Made by a program: the position numbers and the translations under genes. Below the pieces are notes generated by a model that was not told the DNA's origin, did no database searches, and worked only from the letters and a program-made list of their open reading frames with translations. DNA of 63,477 bases, counting the filler, from Chiloscyllium plagiosum (Eukaryota): assembly GCF_004010195.1 (NCBI RefSeq). It is 5 parts of one record of this genome, joined end to end, with 100 filler letters (N's around TTAATTAATTAA, not from the genome) between each part and the next. Parts side by side here need not be neighbours in the genome. Positions count along the whole stretch, not along the records: positions 14,895 to 33,840 come from NC_057713.1; positions 33,941 to 55,709 come from NC_057713.1; 3 more parts are not named here. One strand, written 5' to 3'. This document shows positions 25,378 through 38,046 of the stretch, one piece after another (position 1 is the first letter of the stretch; the number at the start of each line of letters is the position of its first letter).

Positions 25378-27010
25378 TCAGACCCTGGCAGCCTGGTTAC
25401 AAGGTCAATCACTATCTCTGCTCTGCCAGGGTAAGGGTTAACATTCTTGTCTCTGCCATCTCGCACTTACCCAACTCTGTTACTGGATCCCTGTTCCTCC
25501 TGTTCCACCAAAGTTCATGCCCTCCCTCTCTCACTATTTCATGTAACCCTTACTTCACTCTCACCTCTCCAGTAATCCCACACCACTAATTCCGCATGTC
25601 TTTGAGCCACCTACTTGCTCATCAGGACCCCTCAGCACCTTTCTCCCACCTCCACCAGACATTATCTATCCACCGTCAACCCTTGAAGTAATATGCCCCA
25701 ATTTATGCACTTCTATGGGAGTTTGCTGCAGAGACAGGCATGCAGAGGTCCTGCCAAATTTAGCAGTAGGAGTTCATGATAAGTTTTAACTCCTTTTCCC
25801 CACAAGGTGATGTGACAAATTGATAGGCTGACTGGTTAGCAGGCCAGGAACTGCTGCAGTCAGTTTCCAGCCAACACAGTGGCAGCACATGCCAGTGAGC
25901 TTCAGGGAATGGGGTCGGCATGATAGACAGGAGGGAGGTCAAAGGTTTTCTTGACCAGGAACATTCCTGTTCCTCTTGCTCCAATAACAGTGCGATAATT
26001 AGCATTTTGCTACCCGAGTCAGCAGCTCCTGCCTCCAGTTCATTCCAGTAATCAGCTTATGTTTAAATCCAGCTCCCAATTTCACTGTTATTTAACTAAG
26101 ATAGTGACGTATTCTACTTCGCTAATGGGACATTATAATGACGTACCCTATTTCTCTAATGTGGTATTCACACACCTCTTAACCTCTGCCATGCAAATGG
26201 CAATGGGCATATACCAGCTGTTAATAAAGTGTAAACCCCAGCCCCGACAACCTCCTACCCATTTAATACCAGTCTCTATGGTCAGACTGCAGTCAAAATA
26301 AGTCATCTCTTATGCAAGAAAATCTACGCAAAGAGACACACAAAATACAGCAAGCTGAATCTTGTGTTTTCTGGCAATGTTTTGATATGTTTTGCTGTGA
26401 GGCCTAGTGAGATCTCACTGAGATCTTACTGAACTCATCTCATTGATACCCACCCCACCCCTATGTCTCCTCGCCAATTCTAGCTCCATTCTCCCATCCT
26501 TTCTGGAAGAACTCAACACTTATCGGACATCCGCCAAATAAGCAGCATCCCTGGTACTGATGCCATCTTTAAAAGGCCACTGTGTACCTGAAGAAGCAAT
26601 GGCATTCCCAATCTGCCCTCTCTTTTTAAACAGAAAGAGGAGCTTCCGAGAAGCTTCTTTGACAGGGATCTGGAGATTCTGATGGACAGGATGATCCTTA
26701 GAAGGGTATCCTCTTCCTGGAGGCCATGCCATCAGACCCTGGCAGCCTGGTCACAAGGTCAATCACCATCCCTGTTCTGCCAGGGTAAGGGTTAACATTC
26801 TTGTCTCTGCCATCTCGCACTTACTCTATCTCTGTTACTGGATCCCTGTCCCTCCTGTTCCACTAAGGTTCATACCCTCCCTCTCTCACTATTTCATGTA
26901 ACCCTTCCTTCACTCTCACCTCTCCAGTAGTCCCACACCACTAATTCTGCAAGTCTTTGAGCCGCCTACTCACTCATTGGGACCCCTCAGCACCTTTCTC
27001 CCACTTCCAG
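25377..27010 (+). repeat. Dispersed direct duplication of ~280 bp (25377-25655 and 26731-27010)
   Basis: Both copies start ATCAGACCCTGGCAGCCTGG and align throughout with scattered substitutions. Confidence 0.93.
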
Positions 27011-27180
27011 CACTAACAGCTGTGCCACCCACTTCCATCTCACTCAACTCCTCCCTTTCTCTCAATTCTGAAGGAAAAAGCACAAAACAGGGCAGAAAGA
27101 GCCAGAGCAGAAGGATAAGTAGCAGCCTCCTCACCTACTATGAGGAGAGAAACCTGCCCTTGCTGGAGATAACTGGGACT
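26640..27180 (+). mobile_element. Harbinger/PIF-type Myb/SANT-like accessory gene remnant with a probable intron
   Basis: FFDRDLEILMDRMILRR...TLAAW, a GTAAGG donor at 26785 and an acceptor at ~27073, then EKAQNRAERAR...LLTYYEE. Resembles NAIF1/MSANTD-like transposon proteins from recall. Confidence 0.45.
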
Positions 27181-30100
27181 ACTCCACACTCATGTCCCAC
27201 CAACATGAGATAACTCCTGTCTCTCCAGGTACGTTCCACTCTTCACTCCATTGAACCTTTCACAGTAACCCTGTTGTCAGCGTCATTCATTGCACACCAA
27301 TTCTAACCTTTGGCAGCAATTCTGTCTCTCTCATGTACCAATGGGATGCCCACCATTCCTTCTGCCAGAAGGAGCCTCCTCAGCCTCTGAGGATGTATGT
27401 ACTGAGACCTCAGAGGAGACATCGGCAAGGCTGCCTCCCTCCAACACCCACCATCAACTCAGATACTCGTAACCCAATGGGAATATCGCATTTAGAAAGT
27501 TTGGGTGCTTAATCTGGTGAGTTATGCTGGCACTCAGAGACTTCCCCTGTATGCAAAGGGAGGAACAGAAGCACAGACAGATTCACAGGAGGTATGCACC
27601 CTCACTGTCCAGAGCTTGGAGGAGTGCAGCTGCGCTATGGAGGTCTACTTTCCCCAAATATATGATCGCCTGTCTACTTCTATGCACAAGGTGGTGGCTG
27701 CTATAGACAGCCAGGTCCAGCATCCTCAGGGTCTGCTGGATATGCACACAGACCTGCACTCCATCACCCCAGCCACTGGTCCTCAGGACCAAAGGCATGA
27801 CAACAAGGGAGGGAGAACCTGGCATACATTACAGGTTCCTCTTCTTCACATGGAAGCAGGGAGCTGGTAAGAGGCACCCAACCAACGGTACAGCCATGTA
27901 TAGCTCTTTATGGATCAATGTCTATGTTGAGAGCTTTCTGCAGTATGTGGAAGCAACATGGATAAGGTGAATACAGGGCAATGGGTTCTGTGGACACCAC
28001 TGCCTCTTGTGGTATAACATCCCACTTCTTTTCCAGGGTGCTTTCTGACTGTAGAAAAAACCCTCATTCCACGTGGCCCACTTACGATCCATGCTTTACT
28101 ATATCTCCCCCACTGTAATACAGTTGACCGCACTTCACAACTGTCATTCCCCTAAGCCTGCAGCCCCCAATCTGCATGAGTAGGTTCTCAATTATCCTTC
28201 CTCAGGCAACATAGCCCACCCCATTGCCTCTTTTGCAAGTTTCTCTGACCAGATTCAATGGACTGGATTGCATCAGGCAAGGAATGCCTAGCCCCCTACA
28301 GGACTGACTGTGAGCCACTCCCCAGACCACAGCAATGCAAACTCCCTCAGACAATAACTCCCTGCCTGAGCTTGGAATGGAATCGGAGACTGTCCAGCTG
28401 CCTGATTGTATGGCTGCATGACAAGGCAAGGAATGCATTCTACAAGCAGACACTAATATGATAATTAGTGAGCTCTAAGAGTAGAAGTGAGCAGAGATGT
28501 AGCCTGGTCCAATTAGTCAGCTGGGTACCCAATCCTTACACACGAAGTGTCCTTGCAGCAGCTTTCAATGTTAGTTACCGGTATATGCTAAAACGGAGCT
28601 TTCAACTTTCTGTAGGTGTTCTCCTGCAGGTGGATTAGAGAGGTGCTATGAGGATCCTGAAGAGTTTGCAATGATCAGATGCCAATATCTGTGGTTGAGG
28701 AGTTAATGCAGGTAGTGCCAATGGATCATGCCCTGGGAGGCTGTTGCATAGTAAGCAACATAGTGTCACTTCATAACCAACAGCAAAATTAAGTCATCAG
28801 CTGCCCACTCTGACTTCTATGTTGAGATTCACAACATATAGTTTGTTCACAGTGTGTGGTAAGATAGAAAGCTGTGTATTAATTCAGTGAGATATGCAAT
28901 TAATACATTTGTTTACAAGCATTAGTCCCTGCTAAGAGGCAAATGGTCGCTGTCTTCTAAGAATCTTGCCTCGATGTCCAAACCTTAGTTAAAAGTTGCT
29001 CATGACGTTGAGATATGCTTGACCAGACTCCTCACATGATTCTGTCACACTTGTCACAATAGCCCATGCTGTTCAGGTCCCTACTCCATCCAGTCAGGCC
29101 ATTCCTCATGGCTCTGAAATACTGTTAACATATTTTCAACGAGCCTTTCATTTTGCAGATTTTGCAAATTTGAATGCATACCTTGAACAAAAATACAAAT
29201 TAAATCAATAAGAATGGCATGATTAGTATTCCATGATCAGCAAAATAAAACTGAAAACAATTAAATTACATTTTTAAAGCCACAATGTCTAAATGAACTA
29301 AATTCAATTGCTTTGCATTCAACTCCACTGTTTGCATATTAGTCTCCTCCAGATTTCTATACCCTTGTTTAATCTCCAGGATGAACTTCCCTATGTTTCA
29401 TTAATTTAATTTCCCCATCAAGCATTACTCTAACCCTCTCCTTATCCTGGACTGAGCAAAAGAAAGATTATTGTATTGAATGCAAATGTAATTAAACTGA
29501 TGTGAAGTGACAAATTTATGCCAAACTGCAACCTGATTGGATTTTCAGGAGACAAAAATATATGTGTGTAAAACACAAAATATGCAGTCATCAGAACACT
29601 CCACATGCATGTTATCTGATCCCACTATTCCGACAACTGGGACTTCACAGGAGTCTTAACTGTCTGTTGCAGGAGAAGAGTGATAATCCTGTTTACTCAA
29701 TGACTTCATTGACATCTTTATCACCATGGCTGTCTTGCAGCTAATTCATTAGACATAAGGGCCACATCATTTACAGCAATTACAAAACTTAAGCAGAACT
29801 CACAGCTCACAATGCTGTGCTATCCATAAAAATAGAAAATGGTGTAAATGCATAATTCCATCAACATCTGAAAATGAAAATAGGCCAACTCATTACGTGT
29901 AACTTATCGCAGACAGGGCCAGAAACACTGATGTATTTTCAAATTTCTAATGGTCCCTGTGATCTTAACAATACCTTGTTTCAGTAAATGGTGAGAACAT
30001 TTAATCTAATAAGAGAAACACTGGCTTGGATTTACACAACTATTTAAAAATGCTGAGTGGAACCTGATGCCAGGATTTCTGTCCTCATTCAGCCAATATT

Positions 30101-30519
30101 CACTGGGGTGATATAAGTGTGCATATAATGTGCCCACACCCTGTACTCCCAACTGATTCGCTCCATCGCAACATCCCACATTTTTTGTGGAGTCAGGCCA
30201 GCTTCTGTCCTACTTGTGGCTTTCAGGTCTCAGGGGAGTTGTAAAACTTAATCTAAGTTTGGGGACATTTTGGGAACACTGCTGCGACTGAGCATCGGTG
30301 TTTGACAGAGTGAATGTGGTACCAGAAGGGACCGTGGAAAAATAGCATGTCACATCTTAAAGCTATGAAACCTGTTGCCAACACTGTCAACAAAGGAAGC
30401 TAAAGCCTTTATGGGAGTCCGGGCTTTCGACCAAGTCTCGTTACATAGCATTGCTGAAATGTATGAGAACAGTGCTAGGAATGAGAACCTTCAGTTGCAT
30501 GGACAGATTTAAGAGTTGA

Positions 30520-30957
30520 TGTTGTACTTCTTGGCAAACAGAAGGTTAGGAGGAGACAGAGATAATCAAAACCATGAGAGCATGGACAGAGTAGAAAGGA
30601 AAAATCTTTCCCCCCAGATAAAAGGATTAAGCAAAAGATGGTAACAGGATTTAAGGTATTTGGCAAAAGAAACAATCGCAATGGGAGGAGAAACGTTTTC
30701 ACACAACATGTTTGGAAAAGGGTTTTTCACACAACATGATTCAAATTTGGAACATATAGCCTAAGCGAGTGGTGAGTTAGGTTCAATCAAGACATTCAAA
30801 ACAGAAATGGACTACTATCTAACGAGGAGGAACAAGCAGGGTTATTGGGACAAGGTGTTGGAATGACACTGGTGAGTTGCTCATTTTGAGAGCCAGTTCA
30901 GACATGATGGGCCAAAAGGTCTCTTTCTGCGGTCTGACAATCCTGTGTGCTTCTATG
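30520..30957 (+). mobile_element. Old CR1 3' fragment
   Basis: Decayed RRNVFTQ-type 3' region and 3' UTR. Confidence 0.65.
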
Positions 30958-31095
30958 AGAAAATAAAGGTAATGTGATATAACTGTTCATAAGTTTGAAG
31001 ATTAGTGTTCAGTAATAAATTCTTTGCACAATATCAATCACAGGTCATACATGTACAATCAACACAAGAATGAAAAGAAATATGAAAGCAAAATA

Positions 31096-31285
31096 CAAGA
31101 GGAACCTTGACTATCTGACATTCGATTAACTGAATTTCGGATAATCCGAACAAGATTGCAAGGTCCCGAAGCTTGGCTAACTATGTTATCCAGCATTTGA
31201 TTATCCAACATTCAGTTAACCGAATGAAATACTCTCCCCACCCCCAACCCTCACCCCTGTCTGTTGGATAATCAAAGTTTCTTTG
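31096..31285. mobile_element. pogo/Tigger-like MITE with TA TSD; a solo TIR lies at 31480-31502
   Basis: TA-CAAGAGGAACCTTGACTATC ... GATAATCAAAGTTTCTTTG-TA; same TIR family as 14432. Confidence 0.75.
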
Positions 31286-31524
31286 TACTGAGGAAGTTGG
31301 AGTTCTGAAATAAAAAATTCTCAGTAATTCAGGGAGAGCCTGTTAAGTGTTGTGTTATCAATTCAATGAGCGTTCATCATCAAAAAGTGGAAAGAGTGGG
31401 AAAGAAAGGTCACAAATTGATTATATTGTAAGCTCCTTGATTCCAAATTCACATGTAGAGAAATACAAGCACCAAACTACAGAAGAACCTCGATTATCCG
31501 AAGAACACACATTTCATTTCTGTT

Positions 31525-32130
31525 TCACAGGCTCTGGCATTGATGGTTTGGCAAGAATTTATTGCCCACCTTATTTAGGAGAAGGCAGTGGTGAGCTGCC
31601 TTCTTGAGCCAATGTAGTCTATGTACTGTAGATATACCCACCATGCTGTAGGGAGGGAGTTCAAGGACTTTGACCTACAATACTGAAGGATCAGTAATAT
31701 ATTTCTAAGTCAGCCTGGTGTGACTTGAAGGGGAACATGTAGGTGATGGTGTTTCCATCTATCTACTATCTATCTACAGCCATTGTCGTTCTAAGTAGTG
31801 GAGGATGCAGGTTTGGCAGGTACTTTGTAAGGCAAGTGGATGAGTTGCTACACTCCATTTTGTAAATGATACATCCTTTTGCCACTATGTATTGCCGGTG
31901 CAGGGAGTGAATGTTTATGTAGATATATGGTGCACCAATCAAAACAGGCTGTCTTGGCCTTGATGGTGTCCAGTTTATTGAGTGTTGTTGGAGCTATAGT
32001 CACCCAGGTGAATGGGGAGTTAAATCACACTCCTGACCTGTGCCTTATTGATGATGGGCCGGCTTTGGGAGTCAGGTGGCAAATTACTCACCACAGAATT
32101 TCGTGCCTCTGAACTACTCAATGTCACTGT
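31525..32130 (-). mobile_element. 3' fragment of the 10383-14008 LINE family
   Basis: GAGAAGG..GTGGTGAGCTGCCTTCTTGA is the reverse complement of the family tail. Confidence 0.7.
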
Positions 32131-32154
32131 ACTTATGTGCAACCGTACAAGCAA

Positions 32155-33150
32155 ATGAATTAGGAAGAATAGGCCACTCAAATCCTTGAACCTGATTATC
32201 CTACATTTCCATCTAGCCCCAATAATCTTTCACTCCCTTGGTTACCAAGAAATTATTTACCTCTGCGTTAAAAATATTCAAAGACTCTGCTTCCACCAAC
32301 TTTTCATGGACAGCATTCTAAAGACTCATGATCCTCAGAGAAGGAGTTAGTCCTCGTCTCTGACTAAAATAGGTGACCATATATTTTTAATCAGTGAGCC
32401 GTAGCTCTTGATTCTCTCATGATGAAATATCCTTTCTACATACATCCTATCACAGCATGGTGGTTCCATGGTTAGCCTCACAGCACAAGGGACCAGGGTT
32501 CAATTCCACCCTTGCACATCTGCCTGTGTGGAGTCTGCACATTCTTCTCGTGTCTGCGTGGGTTTCCTCCAGATGCTCTGGTTTCCTCCTGCAGTGCTAC
32601 GGTGTGCAGGTTAGATGGATTGGCGATGCTCAATTGCCTGTAGATTCAAGGGATGTGCAAGCTTGCTGGCTTCCACACTATAGGGATTCTTTGAAGATCC
32701 ATCACGATCTTCTATATTTTAATTCAGTCAACTCTTACTCTTCTAAGTAGCAGCAGGTATAAGCCTAGTGTGTCCAACTTTTCCTCAAAAGACAACTAAT
32801 TTATTTCAGGTATTGGTCTAATAAACCTTCTCTGAACTGCTTCTGCTGCATTTACATTAATTTCTTAAATCAGGTGATCAATATTGTGCACAGTACTCTA
32901 GATGTGGTCTCACCAGAGCTCTGTGTAACTGATAGATAAATTACCTAGTTGTGAATATGTTGCTCTTTGCAGTGAAGGATAACATTCCATTAGCTTTCCT
33001 AATTACCTGCTCTACCACAATGATTCACACACTAGCACTTACAGATCCCTCTGTATTCCAAAGCTTTACAGTCTCTCACTATTTCAAGAATATTCCTCTT
33101 TTATTTTTCCAGCTTAAATGAACAATTTCAATTTTCCAATATTATATTCA
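32155..33150 (-). mobile_element. CR1 3' fragment with a nested HE1-type SINE (~32453-32665, plus)
   Basis: CR1 motifs (CAGTACTCTAGATGTGGTCTCACC). SINE head GGGTTCAATTCC and V-domain TGTGTGGAGT..GCACATTCT. Confidence 0.75.
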
Positions 33151-33154
33151 ATTC

Positions 33155-33840
33155 AAAGTTTGTGCTAAGATTTGTAGCTCGGGTGCTCGCTGTTGTGGTT
33201 CTGTTCGCTGAGCTGGAAGTTTTTGTTGCAAACGTTTCGTCCCCTGGCTAGGCGACATCATCAGTGCTTGGGAGCCTCCTGCGAAGCGCTTCTTTGATGT
33301 TTCCTCCGGTGTTTATAGTGGCCTGTCCCTGCCGCTTCCGGTTGTCGGTTTCAGCTGTCCGCTGTAGTGGTTGGTATATTGGGTCCAGGTCGATGTGTTT
33401 GTTGATGGAGTTTGTGGATGAATGCCATGCCTCTAGGAATTCCCTGGCTGTTCTCTGTCTGGCTTGCCCTATGATAGTAGTGTTGTCCCAGTCGAATTCA
33501 TGTTGCTTGTTGTCTGCGTGTGCACGCACGCAGACAACAAGCAACATGAATTCGACTGGGACAACACTACTATCATAGGGCAAGCCAGACAGAGAACAGC
33601 CAGGGAATTCCTAGAGGCATGGCATTCATCCACAAACTCCATCAACAAACACATCGACCTGGACCCAATATACCAACCACTACAGCGGACAGCTGAAACT
33701 GACAACCGGAAGCAGCAGGGACAGACCACTATAAACACCGGAGGAAACAACAAAGAAGCGCTTCGCAGGAGGCTCCCAAGCACTGATGATGTCACCTAGA
33801 CAGGGGACGAAACGTTTGCAACAAAAACTCCCAGCCCGGC
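33155..33840. mobile_element. Penelope-like element 3' end as a ~630-bp palindrome (GIY-YIG C-terminus plus terminus on both strands)
   Basis: Centre 33523/33524. Both arms encode HEFDWDNTTIIGQ..R..REFLEAWHS...INKHIDLDPIY. Hammerhead motif in each arm. Confidence 0.88.
33780..33819 (+). ncRNA. Minimal hammerhead ribozyme motif (mirror copy 33228-33267 on minus)
   Basis: GCA-CUGAUGA-u-GUCaCCU-agac-AGGgGAC-GAA-ACGU-U-UGC. Confidence 0.75.
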
Positions 33841-33940
33841 NNNNNNNNNNNNNNNNNNNNNNNNNNNNNNNNNNNNNNNNNNNNTTAATTAATTAANNNN
33901 NNNNNNNNNNNNNNNNNNNNNNNNNNNNNNNNNNNNNNNN
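33841..33940. other. Assembly gap spacer
   Basis: N44-TTAATTAATTAA-N44. Confidence 0.98.
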
Positions 33941-34316
33941 TGACCTTATAGAGGTTTACAAAATTATGAGGGGCATGGATAGGATAAATAGACAAAGTCT
34001 TTTCTCTGGGGTGGGGGAGTCCAGAACTAGAGGGCATAGATTTAGGGTGAGAGGAGAAAGATATAAAAGAGACCTAAGGGGCAACTTTTTCACGCAGAGG
34101 GTGGTACGTGTATGGAATGAGCTGCCAGATGATGTAGTGGAGGCTGGTACAATTGCAACATTTAAGAGGCATTTGGATGGTTATACGAATAGGAAGGGTT
34201 TGGAGGGATATGGGCCGGGTGCTGACAGGTGGGACTAAATAGGGTTGGGATATCTGGTCGGCATGGACAGGTTGGACCAAAGGGTCTGTTTGTATGCTGT
34301 ACATCTCTATGACTCT
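33941..34316 (+). mobile_element. CR1/HER1-type LINE 3' end
   Basis: ORF 33966-34238 TRGHRFRVRGERYKRDLRGNFFTQRVVRVWNELP. Confidence 0.92.
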
Positions 34317-34545
34317 AAACAATGATGAGCACGTCTGAAGTAGATCTGTCATCCTGGAAATCCCATCATTTCTGGATACACTCGATCCACAATAGTCATG
34401 CCTAAAAGACCACAGTGAAGAATTTCCCATTTAAATGCCCCTGTGGTTGTTGCAAAGCCCTCTGTCACCTTTATTTTTGAATATTGGGATGTATTTTTAA
34501 TCACGCAGGCATTGTGGAACACAATTCTGCTCTTCTATAGAGAAG

Positions 34546-36030
34546 TTTAAAAATCACACAACACCAGATGATAGTCTAACAGGTTTATTCAGAAGTACTA
34601 GCTTTTGGAATGCTGTTCCTTCATCACGTAACTGTGGAGCAGGATCATAAGACACAGAATTTATAGCAGAAGGTCACAGTGTCATGCATGCAACTGTGAC
34701 AATATATTGAAGAAATCTAGATTGCTGTTAAGTCATTCATCTTTTAGAATGGGTTTCAGACTTTGGTTCATTAATATGTAAATCCCAGAACTTCTTTCAA
34801 ATCACATTCTTGAGATAACCAAAGCTTTTACAAAAAAAGGTGACATCTCAGCTTAGAGTCCGTCTATATCCCAATCTTGATTCAGATTGGTTCTATTTCC
34901 AAAGTAGGAATTTATAAAATGTTACATGGATTGACCGTCTGCATTGACTGACTGCAGATTGTGTGCTCTTTGAACAAAATAGATTGTATCCACAATGCAA
35001 ATTCACCCCATCGACTTTGTGTGTGTATGCATGTGAGGGGGGAGAGAGAGAGAGAGAGAGTGTGTGTGTGTGTGTGTGTAAGTGTGTGTGTGAGCGTGAG
35101 TGCACACACACACATGCACACTCTCTTTCTCTCCCTCTCTCCCTCAAATGCATGCACACACACATATAAGTCTATGGGGTGAATTTACATTTACAGAATT
35201 GTAATTTTAGATACATTCTATTTTGTGCAAAAAGCACATAATCTGCAGACAGTCAGCGCAGACAGTCAATCCATGTAACATTTTATAAATTCCTACTTTG
35301 GAAATAGAACCAGTCTGACTTAAGATTGGGATACAGACAGACCCTAACCTCACACCTTTAATGCATTGTCTGAGCTTAGAGGTCACCATTTTTTATAAAA
35401 CCTTCAGTATTTCAAGAATGTGATTTGAAAGAAGTTCTGGAATTTACATACTAATGAACCGAAACCTGCAACCCATTCTGAAAGATGAAAGAATTAACAG
35501 CAATCTAGGTTGCTTCTCGTGGTCCTGCTGCCTAGTAGCACTGCTGCCTCACAGCGCCAGAGACCTGGGTTCAATTCCCACCTCAGGCAACTATCTGTGT
35601 GGAGTTTGCACATTCTCCCCGTGTCTGCGTGGGCTTTTTCTGGTTGCTCCAGTTTCCTCCCACAATCCAAAGTTGTGCAGGTTAGGTGAATTGGCCACGC
35701 TAAATTGTCCGTAGTGTTAGGTGAAGGGGTAAATGTAGGAGAATGGGCTTGGGTGGGTTGCTCTTCGGAGGGTCGGTGTGGACTTGTTAGGCCAAAGGGC
35801 CTGATTCCACACTGTAAGTAATCTAATCTAATCTAAAAAACATCTTGCATGCATGACACTGTGATCTTTTGCTATAAATTTTGTGTCTTATGATCCTGCT
35901 CCACAGCTACCTAATGAAGGAGCAGAGCTCTGAAAACTAGTACTTCCATATAAACCCGTTGGACTATAACCTGGTGTTGTGTGATTTTAAACTTTGTACA
36001 CCCCATTCCAACACTGGCACCTCCACATCA
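34546..36030. mobile_element. Long fold-back Penelope-type element (same family as 2173-2363) centred on an (AG)n(TG)n microsatellite
   Basis: Arms 34546-~35100 and ~35100-36030 are reverse complements. Shared end GGACTATAACCTGGTGTTGTGTGATTTT. Decayed hammerhead at ~35910-35945. Imperfect TSD TCTATA.A.AAG. Confidence 0.8.
35525..35836 (+). mobile_element. HE1-type V-SINE nested in the fold-back element
   Basis: Matches 38048-38371; (TAATC)n tail. Confidence 0.88.
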
Positions 36031-36126
36031 TGTCTATAAAAAGGACACTGTCGTGGGAATGTGGCAATAGATGGTGCTTTCAGTGTGTAAGGAAATAAGG
36101 CATGAGACATTGTGCAAATAGATAAA

Positions 36127-37461
36127 GTCATAGGATCATAGAGTTGTACAGCATGGAAACAGACCTTTCGGTCCATCTTGTCCATGCTGACCAGATATCC
36201 TAAATAAATCTAGTCCTATTTGCCAGTATTTGGCCTATATCCCTCTAAATCCTTCCTATTCATATTCCCATCCAAATGCCTTTTAAATGTTGTAATTATA
36301 CCAGCCTCCACCACTTCCTCTTACATCTCATTCTATATATGCATCACTCTGTGCGTGAAATGATTGTCGTTTACATCCCTTTTTAATCTTTCTCTCTCAC
36401 CTTAAAACTATGGCCTCTAGTTTTGGACTCCCCCAACCCCGGGGGAAAGTCCTTGGCATTTCATACTACCCATGTCCCTCATGATTTTACAAACCTCTGT
36501 AAGGTTACCCTTCAGCCTCCAAAGCTCCATGGGAAAATAACCGTAGCCTATTCAGTCTCTCTTTGTAGCTCAAACCCTCCAGGCCTGGCAACATCCTTAT
36601 AAATCTTTTCTGAACCTTTCCAAGTTTCACAACATCCTTCTTGTTAGCAGGGAGATCAGAATTGCATGCAGTATTCCAAAAGTGGCCTAACCAATGTCCC
36701 ATACAGCTGTAACATGACTTTCTAACTCCTATAGTCAATGCACTGACCAATAAAGGCAAATATACCAAACACCTTCTTCACTATCCTGTCTCCACTTTAA
36801 AGGAACTATGAACCTGCACTCCAAAGTCTCTTTGTTCAACAACACTCGCCAGGACCTTAACTATTATGTGTATAAGTCCTGCCCTAATTTGCCTTACCAT
36901 AAAGCAACATCTCACTGGATGTAGGTTTGCTCACTGAGCTGGAAAGTCAGCAAGCAAACCTCCATCCAGAACCTCAACCTGAGCTACAAATCTTCTCAAA
37001 ACTCACAACATCTCACGTTTATCTAAATTAAACTCCATCTGCCACTCCTTTGCCCATTGGCCCATCTGATCAAGATCCCATTGAGTTAAACTTCTTTGTT
37101 GTCCACAACATCTCCAACTTTGGTGTCATTTGCAAACTTACTAACCATATCTCCTATGTTCACATCCAAATTACTTATATAAATGACAAAAAGTAATTGA
37201 CCCAGCACCAATCCGTTTGGCACACCATTGGTCACTAATTCCTGTCCTTCAGGATCCTCTCCAACAACTTGCCCACTACCAATGTCAGGTTCACTGATCT
37301 ATAGTTGCTGGCTTGTCCTTACCACTTTTCTTAAATAGCACCCCCAGTGTTTTGGAACCTCACCTGTAGTTATCAATGATATAAGTATCTCAGCAAGGGA
37401 CCCAGAAATCACTTCTCTAGCTTCCCACAGAGTTCTATAGTACACCTGATCAAGTCCTGGG
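36127..37461 (-). mobile_element. CR1/HER1-type LINE 3' fragment
   Basis: VQKRFIRMLPGLEGLSYKERLNRLRLFS; reverse complement of the KFANDTK region. Confidence 0.9.
36916..37005. mobile_element. 90-bp mini fold-back insertion related to the 33.2-kb PLE terminus
   Basis: TGGATGTAGGTTTGCT / AGCAAACCTCCATCCA arms. End GAGCTACAAATCTT is shared with 33155-33180 (minus). 11-bp TSD CAACATCTCAC. Confidence 0.8.
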
Positions 37462-37474
37462 AATGTTTGAAGAA

Positions 37475-37911
37475 GGGGAGAAAGTGAGGTCTGCAGATGC
37501 TGGAGATCAAAGTTGAAACTTTATTGCTGGAACAGCACAGCAGGTCAGGCAGCATCCAGGGAACAGGAGATTCGACGTTTCGGGCACAGGCCCTTCTTCA
37601 GGAGAAGAAGGGCCTGGTTCAGCAGGAGAAGATAAAAGGTAGGGAGGAGGGACTTGGAGGAGGGGAGTTGGAAATGTCTTCTTCTTGACCTCTCCGCCTC
37701 CATCCTACTCCCACCTATCACCCTCACCTTGACCTCTTTCCACCTATCACATTTCCAACGCCCCTCCTCCAAGTCCCTCCTCCCTACCTTTTATCTTCTC
37801 CTGCTGAACACTCTCTGCTCATTCCTGAAGAAGGGCCTGTGCCCGAAACGTCGAATCTCCTGTTCCCTGGATGCTGCCTGACCTGCTGTGCTGTTCCAGC
37901 AATAAAGTTTC
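37475..37911. mobile_element. Fold-back Penelope-type terminus with intact hammerhead cores
   Basis: 13-bp TSD AATGTTTGAAGAA at 37462-37474 and 37912-37924; inverted arms. Confidence 0.88.
37821..37856 (+). ncRNA. Minimal type I hammerhead ribozyme motif (best-preserved copy)
   Basis: AUUC-CUGAAGA-a-GGGC-cugu-GCCC-GAA-ACGU-C-GAAU: stem I AUUC/GAAU, stem II 4 bp, palindromic stem III ACGU, GUC cleavage triplet. Confidence 0.8.
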
Positions 37912-38046
37912 AATGTTTGAAGAACCCATGTGTCAAGAAATCCAAAATAGCTGTGACAACAAGAACCTACGTGAAGAAGACTTAGACTTACATTCACCAA
38001 GGTTGCCTCCCTACATTCAGCAGATGGTTAAATACCCTACATTTGT

